A stretch of DNA of 63,826 nt, counting the filler, from Octopus bimaculoides (Eukaryota), in assembly GCF_001194135.2 (NCBI RefSeq). It is 8 parts of 7 records of this genome, joined end to end, with 100 filler letters (N's around TTAATTAATTAA, not from the genome) between each part and the next. Parts side by side here need not be neighbours in the genome. Positions count along the whole stretch, not along the records: positions 60,883 to 63,826 come from NC_068991.1; 7 more parts are not named here. One strand, given 5' to 3'. The position numbers and the translations under genes are program-made. Shown one piece after another: positions 63,772 through 63,826 of this stretch. The notes under the pieces are model-generated. The model had not been told where the DNA came from and did not search any database. It worked only from the letters and a program-made list of their open reading frames with translations. Within the stretch, counting starts at the first letter, position 1, and the number at the start of each line of letters is the position of its first letter.

Positions 63772-63826
63772 TTATATACATGTATGTATTTGTGTATATA
63801 TGTATGTATGTGTATTCATAGATAGA

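Overview
Eukaryotic (metazoan) non-coding DNA from a gapped draft scaffold. The very high microsatellite density and the SINE families point to a coleoid cephalopod, most likely Octopus; this is an inference, not verified. No host protein-coding exon could be supported, and almost every ORF in the supplied track is a translated microsatellite or N-run. The window is a mosaic of the following. (1) At least five SINE-like families: a bipartite tRNA-headed family A with an internal (TA/TG)n, a tRNA-headed family B, a (GAT)n-tailed family C, and CORE-domain families D and E. (2) A DINE-1/Helentron-like non-autonomous element. (3) Tc1/mariner relics, including an open mariner N-terminus with WVPHEL joined directly to its right TIR, plus a TA-flanked MITE. 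(4) 3' relics of RLE-type (R4/Dong-like) and CR1-type LINEs. (5) Penelope-like element (PLE) RT and endonuclease relics. The most interesting signal is a set of PLE-style minimal type I hammerhead ribozyme folds next to (TA)n tracts: 63490-63526, 28454-28489, and 24616-24676, the last lying inside a long foldback whose other arm is antisense to the ribozyme. There is also a six-unit, ~184-234 bp tandem array (46986-48281) that keeps CTGATGA in every unit and a GAAAC-like motif downstream, which could be a decayed retrozyme-like satellite. Seven 100-bp gaps contain an artificial TTAATTAATTAA spacer.
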